Counted from the stretch's first letter, positions 6,642-15,600 are shown. The stretch is 23,909 bases of DNA from Candidatus Velthaea sp. (GCA_050012475.1 JBEKHC010000082.1:1-23909); one strand, 5' to 3'. Numbers and translations: made by a program. Notes: generated by a model from the sequence alone, not told the origin.

Positions 6642-7642
6642 AGAAGCTCATCAATGATCCGTTCGCCGTCGTCGACGAGATGATCGACGGTTTCATCGCG
6701 GCGCATCCGGATCTGGTCAAGCGCGCCCCCGGCGGCAACGGCCGCGCCGTGGTCCGGGTCGACGCACCCATCGCCGGGAAAGTCGGCGTCATCATCGGCG
6801 GCGGTTCGGGACACGAACCGGCCTTCATGGGCTACGTGGGTATCGGGTCGGTCGACGGCTGCCCGGTCGGCAACGTCTTCGCGTCGCCGTCACCGGACCC
6901 GATTCTCGCCGCAACCAAAGCGGTGAGCGGCGGCGCCGGCGTGATCTATTCGTACGGCAATTACTCGGGCGACGTGATGAACTTCGATATGGCCGCCGAA
7001 ATGGCCGGTGCCGAAGGCATCGAGGTGCGCACCATCCTGGTGACGGACGACGTCGCCTCGGCGCCCAAGGGCCGTGAAGACGAGCGGCGCGGCATCGCCG
7101 GCGGATTCTTCGTGTACAAAGCAATGGCGGCCAAGGCGCACGAGAAAGCAACGCTTGCCGAGGTCGAAGCCACCGGCCGCAAAGCCAACGACCGCACGCG
7201 CACGATGGGCGTCGCGCTCGCGGCGTGCACGGTGCCCGCAGCCGGCCGGCCGACGTTTTCGCTCGCCGAAAACGAGATGGAGATTGGCCTGGGCATCCAC
7301 GGCGAGCCCGGGATGCGCCGCGGTCCGCTGGAAACGGCCGACAAAGTCACCGACGCGCTGGTGGATGCGATCCTCGCCGACATGCCGCTGGGCAAGGGCG
7401 ACCGGGTTGCCGTTCTCGTCAACGGCTTGGGCGCCACCCCGGCGATGGAACTCTACATTATGTTCCGGCACGCCGCAGCGCGGCTCGCGGCGATCGGCGT
7501 AACGATCCACCGCAGCTATGTCGGCGAATACGTCACGTCGCTTGAGATGGCCGGCGCGTCGATCACGCTGCTCCATCTCGACGACGAGCTGACGCGGCTC
7601 ATCGACGCAGCGGCGAACACGCCGATGTTCGTTCAGGTCTGA
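6638..7642 (+). CDS. dhaK: Dihydroxyacetone/erythrulose kinase substrate-binding subunit (DhaK/DAK1)
   Basis: Motifs KKLINDP, GGGSGHEPAF, GNVFASPS, NYSGDVMNF, RRGIAG, GLGIHGEPG and TSLEMAG. GTG start overlaps the ATPase TGA (GTGA). Confidence 0.94.
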   Translation: MKKLINDPFAVVDEMIDGFIAAHPDLVKRAPGGNGRAVVRVDAPIAGKVGVIIGGGSGHEPAFMGYVGIGSVDGCPVGNVFASPSPDPILAATKAVSGGAGVIYSYGNYSGDVMNFDMAAEMAGAEGIEVRTILVTDDVASAPKGREDERRGIAGGFFVYKAMAAKAHEKATLAEVEATGRKANDRTRTMGVALAACTVPAAGRPTFSLAENEMEIGLGIHGEPGMRRGPLETADKVTDALVDAILADMPLGKGDRVAVLVNGLGATPAMELYIMFRHAAARLAAIGVTIHRSYVGEYVTSLEMAGASITLLHLDDELTRLIDAAANTPMFVQV

Positions 7643-7704
7643 CAACTGCTCCGGTCGCCGACTCTCTGCGACCGTGCTGCGTCCGACGAACGTCGAAACA
7701 GTGC

Positions 7705-7745
7705 CTTCCGCCGCGGATTCGTCCAAGGCGAACTCGCGGCGGAAG
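7705..7745. terminator. Strong stem-loop between convergent dhaK and BON genes (possible bidirectional terminator)
   Basis: CTTCCGCCGCG (7705-7715) pairs perfectly with CGCGGCGGAAG (7735-7745), with extra inner pairing TTCG/CGAA. No U-tract. Confidence 0.5.
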
Positions 7746-7757
7746 CGCGATGCCAGC

Positions 7758-8102
7758 TTAGGCGATGTGAACTTCGTTGGTTTCGACGGCCGACGTGCCA
7801 GCGACGCCTTTCGCGATCCCGACGAGCTGATCGATGATCTCTTGCGAATGCACGTTGCCCTTGAACACGATCGTCGTGCCGGTCTGCGACACGTACAGAT
7901 GCGGCGCGTCCTCGACGCCGGCATCATCGAAGGCCTTGACCACCCGCTTGGCCAGACCGCTCTGATCGTACGTGCCGTCCGGACCTTGGCGTTCGATCGG
8001 AACTTCTGCGGTCGCGGTTGCCGTCGCTGCGTCGGCGGCAGGCGCGCTTTGGTCGCTTGGTGCGCTGTCGTGATGCGGAAAAAGACGATCGAACCAGCCC
8101 AT
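7758..8102 (-). CDS. Small BON-domain (putative phospholipid-binding) protein
   Basis: RBS AAGGGAG, N-terminal MGWFDRLF, Ala/Thr-rich linker, then a BON-like domain DQSGLAKRV...LYVSQTGTTIVFKGNV.SQEIIDQLVGIAKGVAGTSAVETNEVHI. Confidence 0.8.
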   Translation of the reverse strand: MGWFDRLFPHHDSAPSDQSAPAADAATATATAEVPIERQGPDGTYDQSGLAKRVVKAFDDAGVEDAPHLYVSQTGTTIVFKGNVHSQEIIDQLVGIAKGVAGTSAVETNEVHIA

Positions 8103-8291
8103 ATGATCTCCCTTAGATCAGCGGAAGCTCCGCTGCAGCAGTAATTACGAGGCCAGCGTAGCAGCCGAAGATTATCGTTCCTCTAAACGACAGCCCTCAC
8201 GCAGGCTTGCCCGGCTTGGCCAGTGACCCGGGGCGCCGCCTCCGACGATACGACAAAAGGCCGCGGCTTCCCCCGGCGAATTTTGGGCGGC

Positions 8292-9272
8292 ATGGAAACC
8301 ATCGTCGCCGCACTCCCGACGCTGGCGCAAATCCGGCAAGCCGCGCGCGAAGTCTACGCGGTCATGCCGGCGACGCCGCAGTATGCCTGGCCGCTGCTGA
8401 GCGAACGCATCGGCTGCGAGGTCTGGGTCAAGCACGAAAACCACACGCCCGTCGGCGCGTTCAAGATTCGCGGCGGAATCATCTACTTCAATCGCCTGCG
8501 GGAACGGCACGACATCACCGGCGCAATCGGAGCGACGCGCGGGAATCACGGCCAATCGCTGGCCTTCAACGGCACGCGCACCGGCATCCCGGTAACGGTC
8601 GTCGTGCCGCACGGCAATTCGCCCGAAAAGAATGCCGCGATGCGCGCCCTGGGGGCGAAGATCGTGGAACACGGGAACGATTTCCAAGCGGCGCTCGAGC
8701 ACGCCGGAATCCTCGCCGCCGACGAAGACCGGCACTTCGTGCCGTCGTACGCGCCCGAACTCGTCTGCGGCGTGGCGACCTATGCGCTCGAGCTCTTCGA
8801 GCATGCTCCGCCGCTCGACGCGATCTACGCGCCGCTGGGCTTAGGCTCGGGGCTCGCGGGTCTGCTCGCGGCGCGCAACGGCCTGAACGCGGCAACGGAA
8901 ATCATTGCGGTGGTCGCGGAGGGCGCGCCCGCCTACGCGCGCTCGGTCGAGGCGCGCCGCATCGTCGAGGCCGATGCACAGACGATCGCCGACGGCATGG
9001 CGTGCCGCCGGCCGGTGGCCGCCGCGCTCGACGTGTTGCTCACGCACGGCGTCCGCTGCGTGCAGGTCAGCGATGCGGAGATCGAGTCGGCGATGCGGCT
9101 GCTGTTCTCGACGACGCACAACGTTGCCGAGGGTGCCGGCGCGGCTGCCCTCGCCGCTGCGCACAAGGATTTCGCGCCCGATCGGCGCCGGGTCGGCGTC
9201 ATCCTGTCCGGCGGCAACGTCGATCGCGACACCTACGCGCGCATTCTCGCCGGCGAATCTGGACGCTTTTAA
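8292..9272 (+). CDS. PLP-dependent threonine/serine dehydratase-family protein without regulatory domain
   Basis: KHENHTPVGAFKIRGG (PLP lysine), ATRGNHGQS, PLGLGSG, TIADGMA, EGAGAAALAA and ILSGGN. Start placed at ATG 8292 rather than GTG 8223. Confidence 0.88.
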   Translation: METIVAALPTLAQIRQAAREVYAVMPATPQYAWPLLSERIGCEVWVKHENHTPVGAFKIRGGIIYFNRLRERHDITGAIGATRGNHGQSLAFNGTRTGIPVTVVVPHGNSPEKNAAMRALGAKIVEHGNDFQAALEHAGILAADEDRHFVPSYAPELVCGVATYALELFEHAPPLDAIYAPLGLGSGLAGLLAARNGLNAATEIIAVVAEGAPAYARSVEARRIVEADAQTIADGMACRRPVAAALDVLLTHGVRCVQVSDAEIESAMRLLFSTTHNVAEGAGAAALAAAHKDFAPDRRRVGVILSGGNVDRDTYARILAGESGRF

Positions 9273-9278
9273 GCACGG

Positions 9279-10295
9279 TTACGAGCGCAGCGAGAAACGG
9301 CGGCGCAGCGACTCGTTGAGCAGCGCGCTGCCGATGAGCAGCACGCCCAGACTGAAGGGCTGCCAGATGCCCGCAGCGGCGCCCAGCGCCAGACCGATGC
9401 CGTTGTACAGGAAGATCACGATGAGGCTGGCGAGCAGAATGCCCAACACGTCGCCCTCGCCGCCGATGATGCTCACGCCGCCGAGCACCGCGATCGTGAT
9501 CGCCGCTAAGTTCATCGTCGAGCCGACGTCGGGCGTGGCGCTGGCGCTCAGACCGGTCTGCACGACCGCAGCCAAACCGCAGATGAAACCCGCTGCAACA
9601 TAGGCCCAGAAGCGCACGCCCCACACGTCGATTGCCGAGAAGCGTGCCGCGAGCGCATTCGTCCCAACGCCGTACAGGTACCGCCCGCTCACGGTTTTCA
9701 CCAGCACGAACGACAGAACGAGCGCCAGCGGCAAATACACGAAACCGACTTGGAACGGGATGCCCTGGCCCACGATCTTCGGCACCCAAGCGAAACCGGG
9801 AACGTCCTGCACGTTGCCGTTGCCGATCGTGATGAGTTCTGCGGGGAATGAGGACGGCAGTTCGGGCTGCGTCGCGTCGGGCAGCGGGCGCGTGTTCGTA
9901 ATCTGCAGCGCAATCGCCGCGTAGCCGTAAAACGTCGCCAAGGTCGCAATCAGCGGCGGGATGCGGATCACGCTCACGAGCACGCCGTTGACGGCGCCCA
10001 ACACCGCACCGGCGACGACCGCGCCGCAGATCGCGAAACCAATCGGTACGCCATGCACGATGTTGAGGACGCCGAGAATCATCCCGGACAGCCCCAAGAT
10101 CGAGCCGACCGAGAGATCGATCGCGCCGCCGCCCGAGAGGATGACGATGCTTTCCGCGAGCGCGACGAGCGCCAGCGTCACCCCGTTCTGAATCACTTGA
10201 TAGATGTTGTACGGCTGCCAAAAGTTCGGCACCACGAACGAGAACAGCACGACCGTCGCGACGAGCACCGCGGCGAGTAACGCGCGCCGCCTCAT
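9279..10295 (-). CDS. CUT2 sugar ABC transporter permease (RbsC/LsrD/RhaQ family)
   Basis: Multiple TM segments, IDLSVGS, IPPLIATLAT, GRYLYGVGTNALAARFSAI and ITIAVLGGVSIIGGEG. Confidence 0.93.
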   Translation of the reverse strand: MRRRALLAAVLVATVVLFSFVVPNFWQPYNIYQVIQNGVTLALVALAESIVILSGGGAIDLSVGSILGLSGMILGVLNIVHGVPIGFAICGAVVAGAVLGAVNGVLVSVIRIPPLIATLATFYGYAAIALQITNTRPLPDATQPELPSSFPAELITIGNGNVQDVPGFAWVPKIVGQGIPFQVGFVYLPLALVLSFVLVKTVSGRYLYGVGTNALAARFSAIDVWGVRFWAYVAAGFICGLAAVVQTGLSASATPDVGSTMNLAAITIAVLGGVSIIGGEGDVLGILLASLIVIFLYNGIGLALGAAAGIWQPFSLGVLLIGSALLNESLRRRFSLRS

Positions 10296-11311
10296 ACGAT
10301 GCGCCGCCGGCGATGCTGCAGCACGTCGGCCGCGACCGCAACGAGGATCAGGATGCCGACGATGAGACCTTCGAGCAATCCAACCGTGCCGATCGTGATC
10401 AGCGCGTTGTGCACGGCCTCGACCAGCAGCGCACCCAGCAGGCCGCCGACGATCGTGCCGCGGCCGCCCAAGATGCTCGTGCCGCCGATGACCGTCGCGG
10501 CTATGGCTTGGAGCTCCAGGCCGCTGCCCGCGTTGGGCTGCACGGTTCCGGCCTGACCGAGCTGAATGACCGCCGCGAACCCGACGAGCACGCCCATCAA
10601 AACGTACACCGAGACGGTAACGAGCGGAACGTTCACCCCGGCCAGCCGGGCGGCTTCAGCGTTGCCGCCGACGGCATAGATGGCACGCCCGAGCGGACGA
10701 TACACGACGAACGCCGTCAGCAGCGCCGCGACGATCATCGTCAGCCACCAGGCATTCGGGATTCCCAAGAAGAGGCCCAGCGCCAGATCCTCGGCGATGT
10801 GCGGCGGGATCAGCCAGTTCTTCCCGAGCGCACCGATGTGCACGGCGCGGATGATGTTGAGCGTGCCCAGCGTGACGATGATCGGATGAATCCGCCCGTA
10901 TGCCACGAGCGTTCCGTTGAGCACGCCGACGAGCGCGCCGACGACGAGTGCGGCGAAGATCGCGAGGATCAATCCGCCGCCAGCGATGATGACTTTTCCC
11001 GCAGCAAACATGCACAACGCCAGCGCCGAGCCGACCGATACGTCGATTCCGCCCGTCACGATGACGAGCGTCATTCCGATCGAGACCAGCGCGACGACCG
11101 CGACGTTGGTGAAGATCTGCTCGAGGTTGCCCCGGCTCAGAAACGTCGGGTGGGTAAAATCGAAACCGATGCTGCCCAGGATCAAGATCGCGAAGACGAT
11201 GCTCTCGCGCCGCAGCGCCAGATCGCGCAGTCGTCCCCAACCGGCGACCGGCGGACGCGCGAGCGCCGAAGCCGATGGGGCCAGGGCCGGTTCAGGATGC
11301 AGCGGTTGCAT
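10292..11311 (-). CDS. CUT2 sugar ABC transporter permease (RbsC/LsrC/RhaP family)
   Basis: GMTLVIVTGGIDVSVGS, IHPIIVTLGT, GRAIYAVGGNAEAARLAGV and GLELQAIAATVIGGTSILGGRG. Start placed at ATG 11311, overlapping the ATPase 3' end. Confidence 0.93.
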   Translation of the reverse strand: MQPLHPEPALAPSASALARPPVAGWGRLRDLALRRESIVFAILILGSIGFDFTHPTFLSRGNLEQIFTNVAVVALVSIGMTLVIVTGGIDVSVGSALALCMFAAGKVIIAGGGLILAIFAALVVGALVGVLNGTLVAYGRIHPIIVTLGTLNIIRAVHIGALGKNWLIPPHIAEDLALGLFLGIPNAWWLTMIVAALLTAFVVYRPLGRAIYAVGGNAEAARLAGVNVPLVTVSVYVLMGVLVGFAAVIQLGQAGTVQPNAGSGLELQAIAATVIGGTSILGGRGTIVGGLLGALLVEAVHNALITIGTVGLLEGLIVGILILVAVAADVLQHRRRRIV

Positions 11312-12800
11312 CGAGCCGGGGAGCCTCCATCGCGGCGGCCAGGACGTCTTTTGCTTTTGCGCCGCGCGGGAACGTCCGGCTGATCGCGCCTTCATGCATG
11401 ACGATGATGCGGTCGGAGAGTGACAACACCTCGGGCAGCTCCGACGAGATCATCATGATCGCAATGCGTTCGGTTTGCGCAAGCCGCACGATGATGTTGT
11501 GGATCTCTTGTTTGGCGGCCACGTCGACGCCAGCCGTCGGCTCGTCGAGAATGAAGATTTTCGGATTCGCGGCCAGCCATTTTGCCAGCACGACTTTTTG
11601 CTGATTGCCGCCCGACAACGACGCCACCGGCGTGCTGTAATCGGGAGGTTTGATCGACAGATCGTGCGCGTACTGCTTGGCGATCTCGCGTTCGCGGTCG
11701 GCGCGCGTGACGGTGCCGAAGCGGCTCACGCGCGGTAAGATCACGACCGTTTCATTGTACGCAACCGGCAAGGCCGAGAAGAGTCCCTGGCCCTTGCGGT
11801 CCTCGGGAAGATAACACACCCCGGCTTTGACTGCTTCTGTCGGCGAACGGAACCGAACGGGCTTTCCCGCCAACACGATCTGGCCGCTGTCGGCCGCTTC
11901 TTCGCCGAAAATCGCGCGCGCGACCTCGCTGCGTCCAGACCCGACGAGCCCGAAAAAGCCGACGATCTCGCCCGGCCGCAGTTCGAACGACACGTTGGCG
12001 AACGCGTCGGCGCGGGTCAGCCCGCGGACTTCGAGAATCGGCTCGCCCGGCTGCGCGAGGGCATGATCGGCTTCAGCGCTGAGCGCTTGGCCCGCCATGA
12101 CTTCGATCAGCTGGCTCGTCGTGACGTCGCCGATGTTCCAGGTGCCCTTGGATTCGCCGTCTTTGAGCACCGTCACGCGGTCGGCGATCGCGAACACTTC
12201 TTCGAGCCGGTGGCTGATGTACACGATCGCGACGCCGCGGGCGCGCAGGCGGTTGATGATGTCGAACAGCCAATGCGCTTCGCGTTCGGTCAAGATCGCG
12301 GTGGGTTCGTCGAAGATGATGACCTTCGGCTCGGTGCTGCGCGCTTTAGCGATCAGCGCGAGTTGACGCCGCGCCAAACTCAGGTCGGCGATTGGGGCCG
12401 TAGCCAGGCCCGGTTCGACGCCCAATTCGTCCAGAAGTTCGACGACGCGTGCGATTTGCGCGCGGTGATCGATGTTGCCGAAACGGCCGCGGATCTCACG
12501 CCCTAAGAAAATGTTCTCGGTGACGCTCAGCTCGGGATAGACTTGCGGATCCTGATAGACCGTGGCGATGCCGGCCGCGAGCGCTTGGGCGGGCGCCGCG
12601 AGCACGAGCGGCGCCCCGTCGAGAACGATCGTCCCGCTATCGGGGGTGATCGCTCCCGACAAGACCTTGATCAGCGTCGATTTGCCGGCCCCGTTCTGAC
12701 CCACGAGCCCAACGACCTCACCGCCGACGACATCGAAATCCACCCCGCGCAACGCCGCGACGCCGCCGTAGGACTTCGAGATCCCGCGCATTTCAAGCAC
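11292..12800 (-). CDS. CUT2 sugar ABC transporter ATP-binding protein with two ABC domains (RbsA/LsrA/RhaT family)
   Basis: GQNGAGKST, IIFDEPTA, YISHRLEE, second domain GLVGSGRSE, LPEDRK, LSGGNQQKV, ILDEPTAGVD and ISSELPE. Confidence 0.96.
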   Translation of the reverse strand: MLEMRGISKSYGGVAALRGVDFDVVGGEVVGLVGQNGAGKSTLIKVLSGAITPDSGTIVLDGAPLVLAAPAQALAAGIATVYQDPQVYPELSVTENIFLGREIRGRFGNIDHRAQIARVVELLDELGVEPGLATAPIADLSLARRQLALIAKARSTEPKVIIFDEPTAILTEREAHWLFDIINRLRARGVAIVYISHRLEEVFAIADRVTVLKDGESKGTWNIGDVTTSQLIEVMAGQALSAEADHALAQPGEPILEVRGLTRADAFANVSFELRPGEIVGFFGLVGSGRSEVARAIFGEEAADSGQIVLAGKPVRFRSPTEAVKAGVCYLPEDRKGQGLFSALPVAYNETVVILPRVSRFGTVTRADREREIAKQYAHDLSIKPPDYSTPVASLSGGNQQKVVLAKWLAANPKIFILDEPTAGVDVAAKQEIHNIIVRLAQTERIAIMMISSELPEVLSLSDRIIVMHEGAISRTFPRGAKAKDVLAAAMEAPRLDATAAS

Positions 12801-12815
12801 GGCGGTTATCGCAGG

Positions 12816-12836
12816 CGGACGCGCGCAACGCGTCCG
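12816..12836 (-). other. Intercistronic stem-loop after the binding-protein gene (probable mRNA-stabilising hairpin)
   Basis: CGGACGCG (12816-12823) and CGCGTCCG (12829-12836) form a perfect 8-bp stem with a 5-nt loop. This position is typical for ABC operons. Confidence 0.5.
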
Positions 12837-12857
12837 TCTCTACGTTCCCAGCGACCA

Positions 12858-13850
12858 CTAGAACTTGTATTGGTCGATGTTTGCTTTCGTAAACGTCGTG
12901 GGTGGTCCTAACAGGAGCATCTTCTTGCTCGCGTCGTACGCGATCTTGCCCAGGCCCGGGACGTCGTTCTCGGCTTGGAACGGCTTGCCGGCCGCAAGTT
13001 GCGCGCCGGCCCAAACGGTGAGGTATCCGAGTTTGCCCGGATCCCAGAGCACGAAGCTCTTCGAGGCGCCGTTCTCGATATAGGGCTTCATGCCCGACGG
13101 CAGCGCGACGCCCGTCACGAACACTTTGCCGATCTTCTTGAGTTCGGTGACGGCCTGCGCCGCGCCGGGACCCGACGTCGTGCACTGGCCGAGGATGCCT
13201 TTGAGATTGGGATGTGCCGTGATGAGGTCGCGGCTGTCAGCGACGGCCTTGGCCTGATCTTCGCCCGAGTACACGACCGCGACGAGCTTCATACCCGGAT
13301 ACTTGTCGGCCGCGCGTTTCTTTTCGATCGCGATCCAGCCGTTGAGATTCTGCGCCGCGGGACCGCACGAGTCGATCGCCCATTCACCCTGCTTCCCCAT
13401 CTGATCGGCCAGCGAGTCGAGCGTGGCGTTTCCGATCGCACTGTCGAGCGCCTGGTTCACGAAAACGAGGCGTCCGCTCGACGGCGCGTCGGTATCCGAG
13501 GTGAACGTTTTGATCCCTTGCGCTTGAGCTTGCGCGAGGGCCGGAGCCAGAACGGCCGGATCGTCGGGCGCGACCGCGATCGCATCGACGTGCTGCGCAA
13601 TGAGCTGCTTAACGGTTTGAACCTGCAAATTCGCATCGGCGGTCGTCGGACCGTTGTAGACGAATTTCACGTTGAATTTTTTCGCGGCTTCCTCGGCGCC
13701 TTGCTGCATGGCGTTGAAATAGCCGATGTTGATGAGCTTCGGCACGAACGCGATGCTATATTGCTTGTCCTGCGCCGCCGCCGGACTGAGCGAGGTGAGG
13801 CCTATGGCCGAGGCGGCGCCGAGCGTCAGCACACGCCGAAACAAACGCAT
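12858..13850 (-). CDS. Periplasmic sugar-binding protein, LsrB/RhaS-like subfamily
   Basis: Signal peptide MRLFRRVLTLGAASAIGLTSLSPAAAQ, IAFVPKL, GPT, LWDPGKLGY and terminal FTKANIDQYKF. Start is ATG 13850 or GTG 13856 (GGAG RBS upstream), not 14024. Confidence 0.92.
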   Translation of the reverse strand: MRLFRRVLTLGAASAIGLTSLSPAAAQDKQYSIAFVPKLINIGYFNAMQQGAEEAAKKFNVKFVYNGPTTADANLQVQTVKQLIAQHVDAIAVAPDDPAVLAPALAQAQAQGIKTFTSDTDAPSSGRLVFVNQALDSAIGNATLDSLADQMGKQGEWAIDSCGPAAQNLNGWIAIEKKRAADKYPGMKLVAVVYSGEDQAKAVADSRDLITAHPNLKGILGQCTTSGPGAAQAVTELKKIGKVFVTGVALPSGMKPYIENGASKSFVLWDPGKLGYLTVWAGAQLAAGKPFQAENDVPGLGKIAYDASKKMLLLGPPTTFTKANIDQYKF

Positions 13851-14030
13851 CTCCACGAGTACTCCAAATCTGCGGATGGAAAAATAACGTTCCGTGAGCG
13901 AAATTGAGCGAATCTGTCGTTTCGCGAAGTATAGACCGGGAATGAACGCCGCGCAACCCATGCGGCGGCGAAAAGCTCTCCCAGCAGGCGGCCTCCAGAA
14001 AGGCGGCTTGCGGCGAAGCCGCAACGCGAC

Positions 14031-14051
14031 GGGCTGCGCGTAGCGCAGCCC
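14031..14051 (-). terminator. Stem-loop directly after the class II aldolase stop
   Basis: GGGCTGCGC-gta-GCGCAGCCC is a perfect 9-bp stem. A second hairpin GCGGCTT/AAGCCGC lies at 14003-14022. No U-tract. Confidence 0.45.
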
Positions 14052-14052
14052 T

Positions 14053-14763
14053 CTAGACCGGGGGCGCTTCCAGCCGCACGAGTTCCGGATCGTCGGCTTG
14101 CTGCGTGCCGTACGTTAGCATCTTGAGCCGCACACGCTCGATCTCGTCATCGGGCAAAATGCACGGCTCGCCGACTTGTGAGGCGTAAACGTACTGGCGA
14201 GCCAGCATTTCGATGTCGAACGTCCGCCGCAGCGTGCCGCCGAGCGTCGCGCCGATGACGAGCAGTCCGTGATTGGCCATCAGACAGGCCTCGCGTTCGA
14301 CCAGCGCGGCGAGCACGTTGTCGGCCAGCTCTTGCGTCCCGTAGGTCGCGTACTCGGCGCAGCGAATCGTCGGGCCGCCGCCGACGGCAACGTAGTAGTG
14401 CAGCGCCGGAATGGTGCGGCGCAGACACGCCAGCGTCGTCGAATACATCGAGTGCGTGTGGATCACGACGCCGGCATCGGGGCGGGCGCGCAAAACGCCG
14501 CGGTGGATGCGCCATTCCGTCGTCGGTTTGAACGGCCCGAAGTAGTTCCCGCGGGCGTCCATGACGGCGATGTGCTCGGGCATCATCTCCTCGTATGGAA
14601 TACCGCTAGGCGTGATGAGGAACCGCTCGCCGTTGCGCACGCTGATATTGCCCGACGTGCCTTGATTGATGCCCAGCTCCGTCATCTTCCGGCACGTGCG
14701 CACGACCTCTTCGCGCAAAACCAGTTCGGAAACGGCGGCGGTATCGGGCGAATGCGCAGGCAT
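14053..14763 (-). CDS. Class II aldolase/adducin family protein, L-fuculose-1-phosphate aldolase-like
   Basis: GINQGTSGNISVR, LITPSG, PTTEWRIH, metal ligands HTHS and ANHG, YATYGT. Confidence 0.9.
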   Translation of the reverse strand: MPAHSPDTAAVSELVLREEVVRTCRKMTELGINQGTSGNISVRNGERFLITPSGIPYEEMMPEHIAVMDARGNYFGPFKPTTEWRIHRGVLRARPDAGVVIHTHSMYSTTLACLRRTIPALHYYVAVGGGPTIRCAEYATYGTQELADNVLAALVEREACLMANHGLLVIGATLGGTLRRTFDIEMLARQYVYASQVGEPCILPDDEIERVRLKMLTYGTQQADDPELVRLEAPPV

Positions 14764-14778
14764 CTTGACGCGCTTCGC

Positions 14779-15600
14779 TCAGCGGTGCAACACTGCCTCG
14801 TCCCGCATCCGGCCGCGCGCGGCGCTCGGCGGCCCGGCGATGCGCACCTCGATCCCGCGGTCGCGCAGCCCGCGCAGCATCTGCGGATCGGCGGCGCCGT
14901 CGGTTACCACGATGTCGATGTCGGTCACCGGTCCAAAAAAGCTCAGCGCTGTGCGCTCCAACTTCGACGAGTCCACCAGTGCGACGACGCGGGTCGCATT
15001 CGCGATCATGATTTCCTTCAGCGCCGATTCAGCCGGGCTCGCTTCCGTCAATCCGCGTTCGAGCGAGAGACCGCGGGCCGAAATGAACGCGGTGTCGGCG
15101 AAGAGCCGGCGCAGCATCGTTTCGGCCAGCGGTCCGGAAGCGGACAGCGACGTGAGCCGAATGCTTCCGCCGATGAGCGTCGTCGTAATGCCCGACCGGC
15201 GGCTGAGCTCGCTCCCGATCGGCAACGCGTTGACGATCGCGTGCAACTCGATATCGCGCGGCAACCGCTGCGCGAGCGCCAGCACCGACGTCGACGCGTC
15301 CATCATCACCGTCGAGCCCGGTGCGACCAGATCCAAGGCGGCGCGTGCGATCGCGGCCTTCTCCGGAGCCCGCTCGGCAACGCGCAGCTTGAACGTTCCC
15401 TCCAAGCCGAGCGCTTCCGCCGAGCGCGCCACGGCGCCGCCGTGCGTGCGCGTCAGCAGACCGGCGTCGGCCAAATATTTGAAGTCACGACGCATCGTCT
15501 GAGCCGAAACGCCGAAGCGGCGCACCAATTCATCGACGGTCAGCACCGGATTGGCTTTGAGCAGTTCGGCCAGCGCCATGCGGCGCTCGAACGCCAGCAT
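14779..15600 (-). CDS. DeoR/GlpR-family transcriptional regulator
   Basis: HTH FGVSAQTMRRDF, LTRTHGGA, EKAAIARAA, MDASTS and VDSSK. ATG at 15600 (TTG 15603 alternative). Confidence 0.95.
   Translation of the reverse strand: MLAFERRMALAELLKANPVLTVDELVRRFGVSAQTMRRDFKYLADAGLLTRTHGGAVARSAEALGLEGTFKLRVAERAPEKAAIARAALDLVAPGSTVMMDASTSVLALAQRLPRDIELHAIVNALPIGSELSRRSGITTTLIGGSIRLTSLSASGPLAETMLRRLFADTAFISARGLSLERGLTEASPAESALKEIMIANATRVVALVDSSKLERTALSFFGPVTDIDIVVTDGAADPQMLRGLRDRGIEVRIAGPPSAARGRMRDEAVLHR

Noticed and set aside
9279..13850. Calling the ABC system the AI-2 importer LsrACDB
   Set aside because: Several AI-2-contacting positions appear substituted, and lsrK, lsrF, lsrG and lsrR are absent from the window.
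14053..14763. Methionine-salvage or 5-deoxyribose aldolase (MtnB/Ald2/DrdA) assignment
   Set aside because: Same fold, but no mtnK/mtnA/mtnP neighbours. The context points to sugar catabolism, though sequence alone cannot exclude it.
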